Positions 7,035 to 7,094 of a DNA stretch of 7,094 nucleotides are shown one piece after another (position 1 is the first letter of the stretch; every line of letters starts with the position of its first letter). A program made the position numbers and the translations under genes. This DNA is from Octopus sinensis (taxonomy: Eukaryota), in NCBI RefSeq assembly GCF_006345805.1, contig NW_021828976.1:1-7094 (forward strand). The letters are read 5' to 3'. The notes under the pieces were generated by a model. It saw nothing but the letters and a program-made list of their open reading frames with translations, had not been told where the DNA came from and made no database searches.

Positions 7035-7094
<60 letters not shown>
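6988..7094. repeat. (TA)n followed by (ATT)n microsatellite, running off the window edge
   Basis: Direct reading. Confidence 0.97.

Overview
Repeat-dense, AT-rich eukaryotic non-genic DNA. From recall (not verified by search), the SINE families resemble those of Octopus/cephalopod genomes. No host gene is evident. Bases 1 to ~3720 (possibly to ~3919) hold the 5' half of a decayed L1/Tx1-type non-LTR retrotransposon on the - strand: a frameshifted gag-like ORF1 with a CCHC zinc knuckle, then ORF2 with an APE endonuclease running off the left edge just before the RT domain. A complete 372-bp non-autonomous Helitron (3089-3460) interrupts it. The rest is a mosaic of microsatellites, a tRNA-derived CORE-like SINE (4391-4811, -) and two more probable Helitron derivatives. 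Most interesting are four minimal type I hammerhead-ribozyme-like motifs of the Penelope pLTR kind. Two of them belong to a tRNA-headed (Pol III) SINE-like element present as a head-to-head inverted pair (6485-6955), a candidate hammerhead-carrying SINE mobilised by a Penelope-like element.
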